DNA of 50,651 nt from Candidatus Nanoanaerosalina archaeon (lineage in GTDB: Archaea; Nanohalarchaeota; Nanosalinia; Nanosalinales; Nanoanaerosalinaceae). A program made the position numbers and the translations under genes. Below are positions 1 to 8,167 of the stretch, piece after piece; position 1 is the first letter of the stretch; each line of letters starts with the position of its first letter. Where the stretch lies: contig JALDAH010000001.1 in NCBI GenBank assembly GCA_022729275.1, positions 1 to 50,651 on the forward strand. Reading direction: 5' to 3'. The notes under the pieces are model-generated. The model did not search any database. It saw nothing but the letters and a program-made list of their open reading frames with translations, and was not told where the DNA came from.

Positions 1-255
1 CTCAAGTTCTGTACCTTCCCATTCAAGTGAAAAGTTTGTGAGGTTTGCTGAAACGTTGACAGGGTGTTCATGGTAGGTTAATATCTGCGTAGTTCTCCCC
101 ACCTCTAACTCTTCGGGCATCAAAATGTTTGAGACAAGGTTGAAGGAACTTTGTCCGCTTTCAACACTTAAATCAGGGTTATTTCCAATAACTAGTCCTG
201 TTAAAAAAACAATGGTCAATAAAACTGTAAAAGTTCTAATATATTTCCTAGACAT
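1..255 (-). CDS. N-terminal part of a secreted or membrane-anchored hypothetical protein; the gene continues past the window start
   Basis: ATG at 253-255 (minus) opens a frame with no stop down to position 1 (85 codons, hand-translated: MSRKYIRTFTVLLTIVFLTGLVIGNNPDLSVESGQ...). A basic n-region followed by a hydrophobic stretch suggests a signal or anchor. It is absent from the ORF track because no stop lies in the window. Confidence 0.4.
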   Translation of the reverse strand, partial: MSRKYIRTFTVLLTIVFLTGLVIGNNPDLSVESGQSSFNLVSNILMPEELEVGRTTQILTYHEHPVNVSANLTNFSLEWEGTELE

Positions 256-311
256 TACTAACAACTTTGTTTATTATTGGTAAAACCTAATTTATACCTT
301 TTACGACTTTC

Positions 312-327
312 CCTGAAAGATTTCAGG
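312..327. promoter_or_regulatory. Palindrome CCTGAAA-GA-TTTCAGG just downstream of a TATA-like box (TTTATA, 291-296); candidate operator for the nitroreductase gene
   Basis: 7-bp perfect inverted arms with a 2-nt spacer, read directly. It lies about 20 nt downstream of the TATA-like element and about 38 nt upstream of the ATG at 365. Confidence 0.3.
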
Positions 328-364
328 ATAAAACTCAAAAAGATTCTATTAAACAATTAATTTC

Positions 365-853
365 ATGGATACGATAAAATGTATCAAGGAGAGAAGATCG
401 ATTCGAAACTACAAAGAAGAAAAAATTCCTGAAGAGGACATCAGAAAGATTCTTGACTGTGCAAGGCATGCACCATCTGCCAACAACAAACAGCCTTGGG
501 AATTCGTGGTTGTGGAAAACGATGAACTGCTGGAAGAACTTGGAAGTATCTGCAGTTACGGAAAGTTCATAGAGAACTGCTCTCATTGCATAATCGTTCT
601 TGGGAAAAAAGGCGAGAAGTATTTCCTTGAAGATGGGTGTGCAGCTACAATGAACATACTGTTATCTGTTAATGCGCTCGGCTATGGAAGTTGCTGGGTT
701 GCTGGTCATGGAAAAAAATATGAGCAAGAAGTTCTTGAAGCATTAAAAAAGAAGGAAAAGAAACTTGTGTCTATTTTACCGATTGGAGTACCCAATGAAA
801 AACCTGGAAAAAATAAGAAACCTCTTGAAAAAGTTACTGAATGGGTTAAATGA
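365..853 (+). CDS. Nitroreductase-family NAD(P)H-flavin oxidoreductase
   Basis: N-terminus IKERRSIRNYKEEKIPEEDIRKILDCARHAPSANNKQPWEFVVV is the classic nitroreductase-fold signature (RRS.R.F, AP S..N.QPW.F). The 162-aa length is typical. Confidence 0.85.
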   Translation: MDTIKCIKERRSIRNYKEEKIPEEDIRKILDCARHAPSANNKQPWEFVVVENDELLEELGSICSYGKFIENCSHCIIVLGKKGEKYFLEDGCAATMNILLSVNALGYGSCWVAGHGKKYEQEVLEALKKKEKKLVSILPIGVPNEKPGKNKKPLEKVTEWVK

Positions 854-947
854 TCTTAAAATCAATTAATCTTCATATCAGCCTTATTATAAGGAAAAAA
901 AGGATAAAAAGGAAAAACACAGTAAAAACTCTTTGAAGCTCTCCATC

Positions 948-1379
948 TCATTCAGCCCTAAAATATTTAGCAGAGATGCTTTCCAATACTTTCTCCACGT
1001 CATTTTCCAAACTTCCAAGATCTTCGTAAAACATAAGGTGGGATCCGCATTTACAGTCGGAGCAGCCAAATTTCCCGATTGACTTCCCGGAAAGTTTCTG
1101 GGCTAGAGAACATTCGATTTTTTCTCCGGGTATCCTGTAAACCATTGTCAACTCTGAATGATTGTTCCCGTTCAGATAATCAATATGCCAGTGTCTCTTA
1201 TTATTATCTCCATTTACAACTTTTCTATGTCTATTTATTCTCTTGAATCCTCCGGGACCAAAAGCTGAACCGATATAAGTGTAAAAACCTCTTTCCAAAC
1301 TAATATTTCCAAGACTTCCAACATTTACCTCACAGCTGTCTTTCAAGTTCAAAACAAGAATGTATGTGCCTTTTTCCAT
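948..1379 (-). CDS. GIY-YIG-superfamily (DUF123/Uri-like) putative endonuclease
   Basis: Motifs GFYTYIGSA...RHWHIDYL plus a C-terminal Cys cluster (CSDCKCGSHL) match my recollection of the archaeal DUF123 GIY-YIG family. It ends 1 nt before the upstream membrane-protein gene. Confidence 0.7.
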   Translation of the reverse strand: MEKGTYILVLNLKDSCEVNVGSLGNISLERGFYTYIGSAFGPGGFKRINRHRKVVNGDNNKRHWHIDYLNGNNHSELTMVYRIPGEKIECSLAQKLSGKSIGKFGCSDCKCGSHLMFYEDLGSLENDVEKVLESISAKYFRAE

Positions 1380-1380
1380 C

Positions 1381-1917
1381 TTAATCGCTCACAACTCCTA
1401 CTTCACATTTGTTCTCAGATTCCTTTGAGGAAATGTAAAAAACCGAAAATGTCAGAAATATAATTGATAGGAAGTTGATCTCAAAACCATAGAAAGGTAG
1501 GAAACTTAGACCCATTGAAAATCCGAATAAGGACAGGATACTTGCAGTGCATGCAGGACAGCCCGTAAAAACTAGACCTATAAACGCTCCTGGAGTCGCA
1601 ACTAATCCGTCAAATGAAAAGTTCTTCTTGATCAACAAGAAGTTGAAACCTAATAGAAAAGAAGTGATCAACGTTATTGAAACACGATGCCAGTGATGGT
1701 ATAAACCGTAATGAATTATTGAATTGATAAGTTCAAATGGCAGATAATAAATACCTGATTCGAAAATTGCTGTTGAAATCCTTGATGAGTTGTCTATGAT
1801 CGCTATAACCGAATAGGCTATAGACGAGAAAAAAATCAGAAAAATCAGGTTGCCCTTATCCTTTAATTTTTGTAGAATGTTTTCAATATTCTTCCGGCTG
1901 AAAAAATTTCCAACCAT
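1381..1917 (-). CDS. Polytopic membrane protein with an intramembrane CPAC motif (unknown function)
   Basis: Four to five hydrophobic segments, with GCPACTASILSLFGF in a predicted TM helix. A TATA-like CTTTATATTAGC lies about 20 nt upstream of the ATG, suggesting a leaderless transcript. Confidence 0.55.
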   Translation of the reverse strand: MVGNFFSRKNIENILQKLKDKGNLIFLIFFSSIAYSVIAIIDNSSRISTAIFESGIYYLPFELINSIIHYGLYHHWHRVSITLITSFLLGFNFLLIKKNFSFDGLVATPGAFIGLVFTGCPACTASILSLFGFSMGLSFLPFYGFEINFLSIIFLTFSVFYISSKESENKCEVGVVSD

Positions 1918-2013
1918 AAAAATAGTTTGCTAATATAAAGATTAATAAGTTTGTGTAGAATATATAAACTGGTTTACACAGTCTTAAAAAAGATTCCAAC
2001 GGGTGGAAGAATA

Positions 2014-2229
2014 TTAGTCTTCCCCGTTTCCATGGTCATGAGCTTTGTGCTGTTCCTGGATATCCTTAATTATTTCCTGAGCTTTTTCGTTGATCTCTTC
2101 CTGATCAACAATGTCCTTGTCAACAAGTACCCCTAGAAGTGCGTTCATTGTCAGTTCAAGGTTTCCAATTTTCTGTTGAATCGCCTGCATTATCTGCTGC
2201 TGGCTGGGCTGATTTTGATTTTCTGCCAT
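2014..2229 (-). CDS. Small helical hypothetical protein (71 aa)
   Basis: The ORF track starts at a TTG (2259). An internal ATG at 2227-2229 is preceded by AGGTGA at 5-nt spacing, so the shorter form MAENQNQPSQQQIMQAIQQK... is preferred. Confidence 0.5.
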   Translation of the reverse strand: MAENQNQPSQQQIMQAIQQKIGNLELTMNALLGVLVDKDIVDQEEINEKAQEIIKDIQEQHKAHDHGNGED

Positions 2230-2348
2230 TTTTTCACCTAAGCGGTTTTTTCCCTCCAAGGTTTTTAATAGTTGGTGTGTACTGGAAAAAGAACAGATAT
2301 TTTAGATTAATGGCCTAAGTCTTTGATAGATCTTTTGAGGAAAACAAA

Positions 2349-2421
2349 AGCCCGGTGGTGTAGTGGTCAATCATACGAGGTTCTGGGCCTCGTGACTCTG
2401 GTTCGAATCCAGGCCGGGCTA
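2349..2421 (+). tRNA. tRNA-Gln (anticodon CUG), no intron
   Basis: Cloverleaf folded by hand: acceptor AGCCCGG/CCGGGCT (A1-U72, as in archaeal tRNA-Gln), D-loop AGTGGTCAA, anticodon stem CGAGG/CCTCG with loop TTCTGGG, T-arm TCTGG-TTCGAAT-CCAGG, discriminator A. No encoded CCA. Confidence 0.9.
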
Positions 2422-2493
2422 TACTTTATTGTCAATTCGAATTGATCGTGTGTCTTCTGTTAATCTCTAAAATTTTTTTTGAACCCTAAAAAC

Positions 2494-3306
2494 CTATTCT
2501 CTTATAAATTCTCCATAAGAAACAGCTGAAGCCATCAACATAGTGGCTCCCAGCAGTTCCAAGCTTTCCTCAAGAAAACTGTCTATAAACCTATACCTTA
2601 CGTCCATGAAGCCATTTGATGCTTGTTCAGCCAACCTTTCATCCGTCTCTTCGTAAAGTTCTCTCAGTTCCTCTCCACCTATATAGACCGTTGCTTCATA
2701 AAATCCGTTACCTATTATCCTGTTGATAGGTGTCAGATCAGCAGGACCTGATAAAAAAACAGCTGTTCCATAAAACAAAAATCCTAATGCCAGGAGAATC
2801 GCTGTTAACCTGCTTTTCTTTATGAGTTTTCCGTATCTGATAACAGCGTATACAGGTAGAAAAGCTATAGCTCCGAAGTAAAGTGTCTCAAGTACATTGA
2901 GTGTCCCCCATTCGAAAGAAAGGTATTCTCTAAGTACAAAGTGTCTAATGTTACCTGCATCCTCCATAAGCATCATTACTGAAACTACACCGAAGATAAG
3001 CCAGAAAATACCTTCTTTTTTCCTGTCTCTTTCATCAAGTCTTCCATACAATACGCCACATGTAACAGCGAAGATACCGAGAAAAAACCATTGAAACATC
3101 TCTACAGGAGCTCTTTCCTTGAAAAGAAAATCAAATAAAAAAGGTACATTCAACCCAGAATAAATCTCTCTAGTGCCAAAAACGTTCAGTACATCTGAAA
3201 ATAAGACCATCAACCAGAAAACAACGAGAACTCCAACACCCAATCCAACGAAGTGTTTGTAACTTACTTCAAATTTCTTACCCATATTTGAACTTATGAT
3301 TGGCAT
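2494..3306 (-). CDS. Polytopic integral membrane protein (unknown function)
   Basis: About 7 hydrophobic segments. The track start at 3309 is TTG, so the adjacent ATG at 3304-3306 was chosen. Confidence 0.55.
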   Translation of the reverse strand: MPIISSNMGKKFEVSYKHFVGLGVGVLVVFWLMVLFSDVLNVFGTREIYSGLNVPFLFDFLFKERAPVEMFQWFFLGIFAVTCGVLYGRLDERDRKKEGIFWLIFGVVSVMMLMEDAGNIRHFVLREYLSFEWGTLNVLETLYFGAIAFLPVYAVIRYGKLIKKSRLTAILLALGFLFYGTAVFLSGPADLTPINRIIGNGFYEATVYIGGEELRELYEETDERLAEQASNGFMDVRYRFIDSFLEESLELLGATMLMASAVSYGEFIRE

Positions 3307-3348
3307 CAAAGTTTTTTATTAGTAAAATAAAGGAAAAAAAGAGATGCT

Positions 3349-4329
3349 TCACTGTAAAAGTTGACTGTGTTCTCCAAGCAATGAATCCCTTACCTCTGCA
3401 TTTTTTAGCCTAGCCTTCTGGTCAACGATTGAACCTTCGACAGTGGAGTCTTCAATCCTTGCTTCCGGAAACACTATACAGTCTTTTAACTGACAATTCC
3501 TCACTTCTGCTCCAGCCATAACGTACACGTTTCCTTCCATCTTGGTATTTTCTGTTCTTCCCTCAACTATCTGTTGACCCATTCCATGAACTGCCTGGTG
3601 GGCTTCGAGGTAACCTTCTCTTGTACCTACATCAACCCATTCACCCTTGAAAGGAAAACCTTTGAAAGTTCTTTCGTTGTGAGCCCATTCTATAAGTCTT
3701 CCAGGTTCATCTAGGTACTGTTCAGCTGGTATGTCAGTCTTTGAGAAGTGCTCCTCGTATAGGTTAAAAATATCTAGGTCTTTCTCTGGGAAGAAGTAGC
3801 AAGCTGTGGATGCGAGTGTTGAATTTGGATTCTCGGGTTTCTCCTGAAAACCTATGATCTCGTTGTTCCCGTTTGTCTCAACAACTCCGAAGGAAGTGGC
3901 TTTCTCTTTCGAGTCAAGGTCATAACATGCGAGTGCAGGATATCCGTTTACCTCATCCAAAAATTCCTTTATGTCAAGAGAATAGTAGTTGTCTCCTCCG
4001 ATTATAACATAGTCATCGGAAGGTTTTTGATCCAATAAGTTGATCATAGCTCCTATTGTACCTGGTTTCTCCTCTTCACAGTCCTGGTCCTCAACCACGA
4101 CTTCGACAACACCTTCATAACCAAAATCATTTACATACTCCCTGAAATCGTCTCCAAACTTCTTGTTGGTAGAAATAAATATCTCTTCTATGTTCTCATT
4201 TTCAGCAAGATCTTTTATAATAAAATCTATGATCGGTCTTCCGTTTATAGGTAATAGTGGTTTTGCTCTGTTTTTCGTTATGGGCCAAAGCCTTGTTGCA
4301 TGTCCTCCCGCTAATACTATTGCTCTCAT
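3349..4329 (-). CDS. Sugar-1-phosphate nucleotidyltransferase (NTP-transferase domain plus C-terminal left-handed beta-helix)
   Basis: MRAIVLAGGHATRLWPITKNRAKPLLPINGRPII carries the G-x-G-T-R-L nucleotidyltransferase signature, and the C-terminus has hexapeptide-like repeats. The ATG at 4329 is preceded by AAGGTG at 9 nt; the track start at 4341 is GTG. Confidence 0.85.
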   Translation of the reverse strand: MRAIVLAGGHATRLWPITKNRAKPLLPINGRPIIDFIIKDLAENENIEEIFISTNKKFGDDFREYVNDFGYEGVVEVVVEDQDCEEEKPGTIGAMINLLDQKPSDDYVIIGGDNYYSLDIKEFLDEVNGYPALACYDLDSKEKATSFGVVETNGNNEIIGFQEKPENPNSTLASTACYFFPEKDLDIFNLYEEHFSKTDIPAEQYLDEPGRLIEWAHNERTFKGFPFKGEWVDVGTREGYLEAHQAVHGMGQQIVEGRTENTKMEGNVYVMAGAEVRNCQLKDCIVFPEARIEDSTVEGSIVDQKARLKNAEVRDSLLGEHSQLLQ

Positions 4330-4433
4330 AGATAGATACACCTTAACGTATCAAAAAATGTATTACGTTATATTATTCATTCGAAAACCTTCTTTAAATA
4401 ATTTCTGTATAAGAAATAAAAGAAAAAAAAAGA

Positions 4434-5765
4434 TCAGGCGAAGATTTCTTCGTGGATGTTTTCAGGAGACAAGAAATCCTTCTCCATCCCTATGTTTCCA
4501 TCTTCAAGATCTTTTATAGCGTGTTCAAAATCCTCCATCTTCACCTTTAAATCAGTCAAATCATCTCCCCTGTAAATAGCAGATAAAGCTGACTGTTTGG
4601 CTATCTGTTCTATGTCTCTACCACTTACCTGATCAGGCATCTTGTCAACTATCTCCCAAATATCAACATCATCATCTATGTCGAATTTTCTCGTGTGCAC
4701 CTGTAATATCTCCTTCTTGGCGTTATTATCAGGCATGCTTACCTCTATAGCTGAACATCTGTTGATTATAGCAGGATCAATTATAGATGGTTTGTTGGTT
4801 GCAAAAATGGAAACAACGTTCTGATTTCCTTCTTCTTTTCCAAGACCATCAAGTTCTGATAGAAGCTGCGACATCGTTCTTTCAACTTCTTCTCCTCCAT
4901 GTCTACGGTTCTCCTGTCTTTTTTTGGCTATAGAATCAATCTCATCAATAAATACTATGGCAGGTCTATCACTACTTCTTGCCTGGTCATAAAGTCTCCT
5001 AACCTTTTTGGCTCCCTCTCCAATAAACTTTTCAACGAGCTGAGGACCGTTTATCATGAACATATCGGCCTCGTACTCGTTCGCAAGAGCCTTGACCATC
5101 AAGGTTTTACCTGTCCCTGGAGGACCTACAAGCATCAAACTTTTATCTAGATCAACACCCCACTTCTCGATCACTTCACGTCTTTCTTTCTCTAGCTGGA
5201 TTCCAACGTTCCTCCTAAGAGTCTGTATAACATCATCAAGTCCTCCTATATCCTGAAATGTCTTAGAAGTATTGATGCATTCAAAATCAGGATCCTTTCT
5301 CTTCTTCAGAACATCTATTATCTGAAAGTTTTGAGGGTTCAAAGCAACCTCGGTGCCAACGGTGAGGTTCCTTTGAGATAAATGACTGGGGAATCTCACA
5401 CCGTACTCTCCTTTCTGTGCGGACTGAGGTTCTACCCATATCCAGTCCCCTTCATACTCCTTGACTATAATACCTCTGAGAACTGTTGGGTGTTTTCGAC
5501 TATCTTTCTTGCTCTTTTTAGAATTTTTCACCATTTCCACCCTGTCCGACTTTTTCTTGGAATTTATCTTAGATGCTAATTTTTTAATATGTTCTTTGTA
5601 AAATTTTTCATCCTTCTTTCCATCAAGAGAATTATTGTAATACTTCAAAAGGTTTTTTAAATCCGATGATTCCTCCACAGCTTCCCTGATTTTTTTAAGT
5701 TCCTCATCGGATATCTCACCATCAAGAATTTCCTCCCTGATATCGGGTTCTTTCGACATATACAT
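4434..5765 (-). CDS. pan: Proteasome-activating-nucleotidase-like AAA+ ATPase (divergent PAN)
   Basis: Charged coiled-coil N-terminus, an OB-like segment (GIIVKEYEGDWIWVEP...VALNPQNFQIIDVL), Walker A GPPGTGKT, pore loop KFIGEG, and Walker B VFIDEID. The second region of homology is atypical (IDPAIINRCSAIEV) and the C-terminus is ...EIFA. Confidence 0.75.
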   Translation of the reverse strand: MYMSKEPDIREEILDGEISDEELKKIREAVEESSDLKNLLKYYNNSLDGKKDEKFYKEHIKKLASKINSKKKSDRVEMVKNSKKSKKDSRKHPTVLRGIIVKEYEGDWIWVEPQSAQKGEYGVRFPSHLSQRNLTVGTEVALNPQNFQIIDVLKKRKDPDFECINTSKTFQDIGGLDDVIQTLRRNVGIQLEKERREVIEKWGVDLDKSLMLVGPPGTGKTLMVKALANEYEADMFMINGPQLVEKFIGEGAKKVRRLYDQARSSDRPAIVFIDEIDSIAKKRQENRRHGGEEVERTMSQLLSELDGLGKEEGNQNVVSIFATNKPSIIDPAIINRCSAIEVSMPDNNAKKEILQVHTRKFDIDDDVDIWEIVDKMPDQVSGRDIEQIAKQSALSAIYRGDDLTDLKVKMEDFEHAIKDLEDGNIGMEKDFLSPENIHEEIFA

Positions 5766-5833
5766 TCATTACCATTAAATTATTTAAATTTGGAGTAACT
5801 CACTAGAAAACTTAACATTTATAATATTTGAAC

Positions 5834-7093
5834 CTACTGTAAGAACTCTATCTCAGGTTTTTCTATCTCTGTTGTACAGACACCATCATCACAGATACCC
5901 ATACACTCGTCATCATCATCACAACCTGTGTTCGGAGGCTGTACAAATTTTACTGTATCCATGTATCGGATATTTGAATTTCCTATGATATCTATAGCCT
6001 GAACATATAGATTGACTTCCTCATATTCAGATGAAGTGTAATCATACTTTATGGTATCTCCGTTCTCAAGGCCGCTTTCACTGTATATCTCGTTATTACA
6101 CTGGTTGTCCTTACAGAACTTAACATCTCTCAGTGGATAAAGAACAGAGTTATCTGAGAAATCTGCTTCGAAACCGTTCTCATTATAATTAGGTCCATCC
6201 ATCCGGGGATAAATATCCTGACCTATCTCCATCTTAAATTCTACGGATTCACCTGTAACAAAAGTGTCATCCGAAACACATTCTCCGGTATAACAATCTA
6301 TACGTGGGTAATAAGAGTGGTCTGTTATATTAAGGTATATGTCCAGTTTTGAATGTTCATTTGAATCTCCGAAAAGATGTGAGTTAACAGTCGAGTAATC
6401 ATTTGCGTGTCTATTAGTTGCAAATGAGATAAGTCTGAAACAGGTATCCTCATTCAGACAATCATTTTCGAACTCAGAACCGGAAAGATATTCTTCTTTC
6501 CCTGTCCTCATATCATAATGTGCTGCATCTCCGGTTGAAGTGTTGTATCTAAGAACCTCCGATATCTCAAAAGGGGTCTTATCAATATCTTCCACCGCTT
6601 CAGGCACAAATCCCATGCAAACAGATCTGTCAGTACCATAATCTCCGGGTGTACCAGCATGACCTCCATATGCTCCATCTTCAAAGTTTCTGTAATCTTC
6701 AGAGATGGATAACACATTTCTAGTTCTCTCATGACAACCTACATCGTTATCCTGGTAATAATCAACGTGGAAATAACTATTTACAATTCTTGTGTAAAAC
6801 TCATCAACTCCGTGTTCGTCAATACCCTTTACATCTGCTCCATCGAAGAAAGAATCATCCAGACAGACAGCTCTGTCTCTTGCAAGTGACTTATCATCCA
6901 TATTCTTGATGTGAGATCCGTACTCATCATAATCATCTGTATAGGATGTTAAAAGAAAAACTTTTGTCTCATCATCACCACAGCTACCATCATCATTAAC
7001 AGTCTGAATACCTATTATAATACTTGCTCCTACTATAAAAACAAGTAAGAACACCAGAAAATGTCTGTTCCGTACAATTATTTTTTCCATCAC
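5834..7093 (-). CDS. Secreted or anchored Cys-rich acidic hypothetical protein
   Basis: N-terminal TM/signal (FLVFLLVFIVGASIIIGI), many Cys including the C-terminal CDDDDECMGICDDGVC, and a 4-nt overlap with the upstream ORF. Confidence 0.55.
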   Translation of the reverse strand: MMEKIIVRNRHFLVFLLVFIVGASIIIGIQTVNDDGSCGDDETKVFLLTSYTDDYDEYGSHIKNMDDKSLARDRAVCLDDSFFDGADVKGIDEHGVDEFYTRIVNSYFHVDYYQDNDVGCHERTRNVLSISEDYRNFEDGAYGGHAGTPGDYGTDRSVCMGFVPEAVEDIDKTPFEISEVLRYNTSTGDAAHYDMRTGKEEYLSGSEFENDCLNEDTCFRLISFATNRHANDYSTVNSHLFGDSNEHSKLDIYLNITDHSYYPRIDCYTGECVSDDTFVTGESVEFKMEIGQDIYPRMDGPNYNENGFEADFSDNSVLYPLRDVKFCKDNQCNNEIYSESGLENGDTIKYDYTSSEYEEVNLYVQAIDIIGNSNIRYMDTVKFVQPPNTGCDDDDECMGICDDGVCTTEIEKPEIEFLQ

Positions 7094-7494
7094 CAGATCA
7101 CCCTTAAACTGTCCTCTCCCTCAATCTCGTATTCGTTACCCTCAACTCTGAAAACACCTTCAAAGTCATATTCACCTTGTCGGTGTGTACTAAAATCATA
7201 TGTTACTGATTCGCCTGTTGAAACTCCATAAAACTCGTACAGTTTACCATCAATCTCATCTATTATGTAAACTGAACCCTCGTAGTCTCCAAATATTTCT
7301 AGAGTGACTTTCGTATTCGCCAGGACAAAATTCTCCTCATACTCTATGCTTCTAACAACTTCAACATCTGGTCTTGAAAAAAAACCTATATAGGTAATTA
7401 ATCCTATAAGCAAAAGACAAATAAGGGAAAGAACTGCATGTGTGGATCTCCTGTTAAGAAGATCAGGTTTTTTTCGGATATCTCTCTCAGACAT
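7090..7494 (-). CDS. Membrane-anchored hypothetical protein (single N-terminal TM plus a beta-rich ectodomain)
   Basis: MSERDIRKKPDLLNRRSTHAVLSLICLLLIGLITYIGFF anchor. It overlaps the downstream Cys-rich gene by an ATGA-type junction. Confidence 0.5.
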   Translation of the reverse strand: MSERDIRKKPDLLNRRSTHAVLSLICLLLIGLITYIGFFSRPDVEVVRSIEYEENFVLANTKVTLEIFGDYEGSVYIIDEIDGKLYEFYGVSTGESVTYDFSTHRQGEYDFEGVFRVEGNEYEIEGEDSLRVIW

Positions 7495-7560
7495 AAAAAT
7501 TACTCTAGATAAATTTGCGTATAACTATTATATAAAAATTTTAATAAGTGAATTTAAACA

Positions 7561-7658
7561 CGGACCCGGAGGGATTTGAACCCTCGACCTACAGCTTTCT
7601 CCTACAATAAAAAAATTATTAGGAGGCTGTCGCTCTATCCGGGCTGAGCTACGGGCCC
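7561..7658 (-). tRNA. tRNA-Arg (anticodon CCU) with a 23-nt intron at the canonical 37/38 position (intron about 7597-7619)
   Basis: Reverse complement reads GGGCCCG-TA-GCTCAGCCCGGATAGAGC-G-ACAGC-CTCCTA[intron ATAATTTTTTTATTGTAGGAGAA]A-GCTGT-AGGTC-GAGGG-TTCAAAT-CCCTC-CGGGTCC-G. The intron contains TAGGAG, complementary to the anticodon region, as expected for a bulge-helix-bulge substrate. Confidence 0.85.
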
Positions 7659-7687
7659 TTTTTTTCCGTTAAAATTCATCTTCAGGA

Positions 7688-7697
7688 TTTTTATAAA
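7688..7697 (-). promoter_or_regulatory. TATA box (TTTATAAAAA on minus strand) for tRNA-Arg
   Basis: Matches the archaeal TATA consensus (TTTAWA). Its 3' edge lies 30 nt upstream of the mature tRNA 5' end. Confidence 0.45.
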
Positions 7698-7700
7698 TTG

Positions 7701-8057
7701 TTATATGTCGTAAAAAAAGTCTTTATCAGAACCCACCAAAGAATAAAAATCTTCTTTACCTATAAAAACTTCGCAAAACTCTTTGTACGTACTTTCCATA
7801 TCATTTTTTGAACCATCGGTTGTCACCAAAGTAGTTATCTCAGAGGCTAATTTGTCAAGGTCTTCATCTCCTTTTATTTCTTTTGATAAATAACCTCTTT
7901 GACTATGTAGGTATTGAGAAACAGCTGGTTGTGTTATCTCAAGTAGTTCAGCTATTTCATTCTGGGTATATCCTCTATCATATAGTTTTTCCGCTACAAC
8001 TTTTCTGAGAGCTGGAAGTACTTTTTCAATCATTGGTTCTGTGACCGGGTTCAACAT
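7701..8057 (-). CDS. Small helix-turn-helix transcriptional regulator
   Basis: YDRGYTQNEIAELLEITQPAVSQYLHSQRG is a clear HTH. The track ORF (to 8177) would overlap the divergent gene starting at 8168, so an internal ATG was preferred (8057; 8096 is also possible). Confidence 0.6.
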   Translation of the reverse strand: MLNPVTEPMIEKVLPALRKVVAEKLYDRGYTQNEIAELLEITQPAVSQYLHSQRGYLSKEIKGDEDLDKLASEITTLVTTDGSKNDMESTYKEFCEVFIGKEDFYSLVGSDKDFFYDI

Positions 8058-8167
8058 ACATGTGTATAACGCGGTTATAGTTTTAACTCTTACCATGAAA
8101 GATAGAACCAAAAAGTGTTCAGAAACATATTTAGTAAAAAGCAGACAAAATATTCGTTGGTAGTAAG

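Noticed and set aside
5834-7093. Diversity-generating retroelement target (Cys-rich surface protein in a DPANN-like genome)
   Set aside because: There is no reverse transcriptase gene, and no template/variable repeat pair could be spotted anywhere in the window.
2349-7658. Integrated element between tRNA-Gln and tRNA-Arg
   Set aside because: No integrase, no direct repeat of a tRNA 3' end, and the intervening genes (nucleotidyltransferase, PAN) are core functions.
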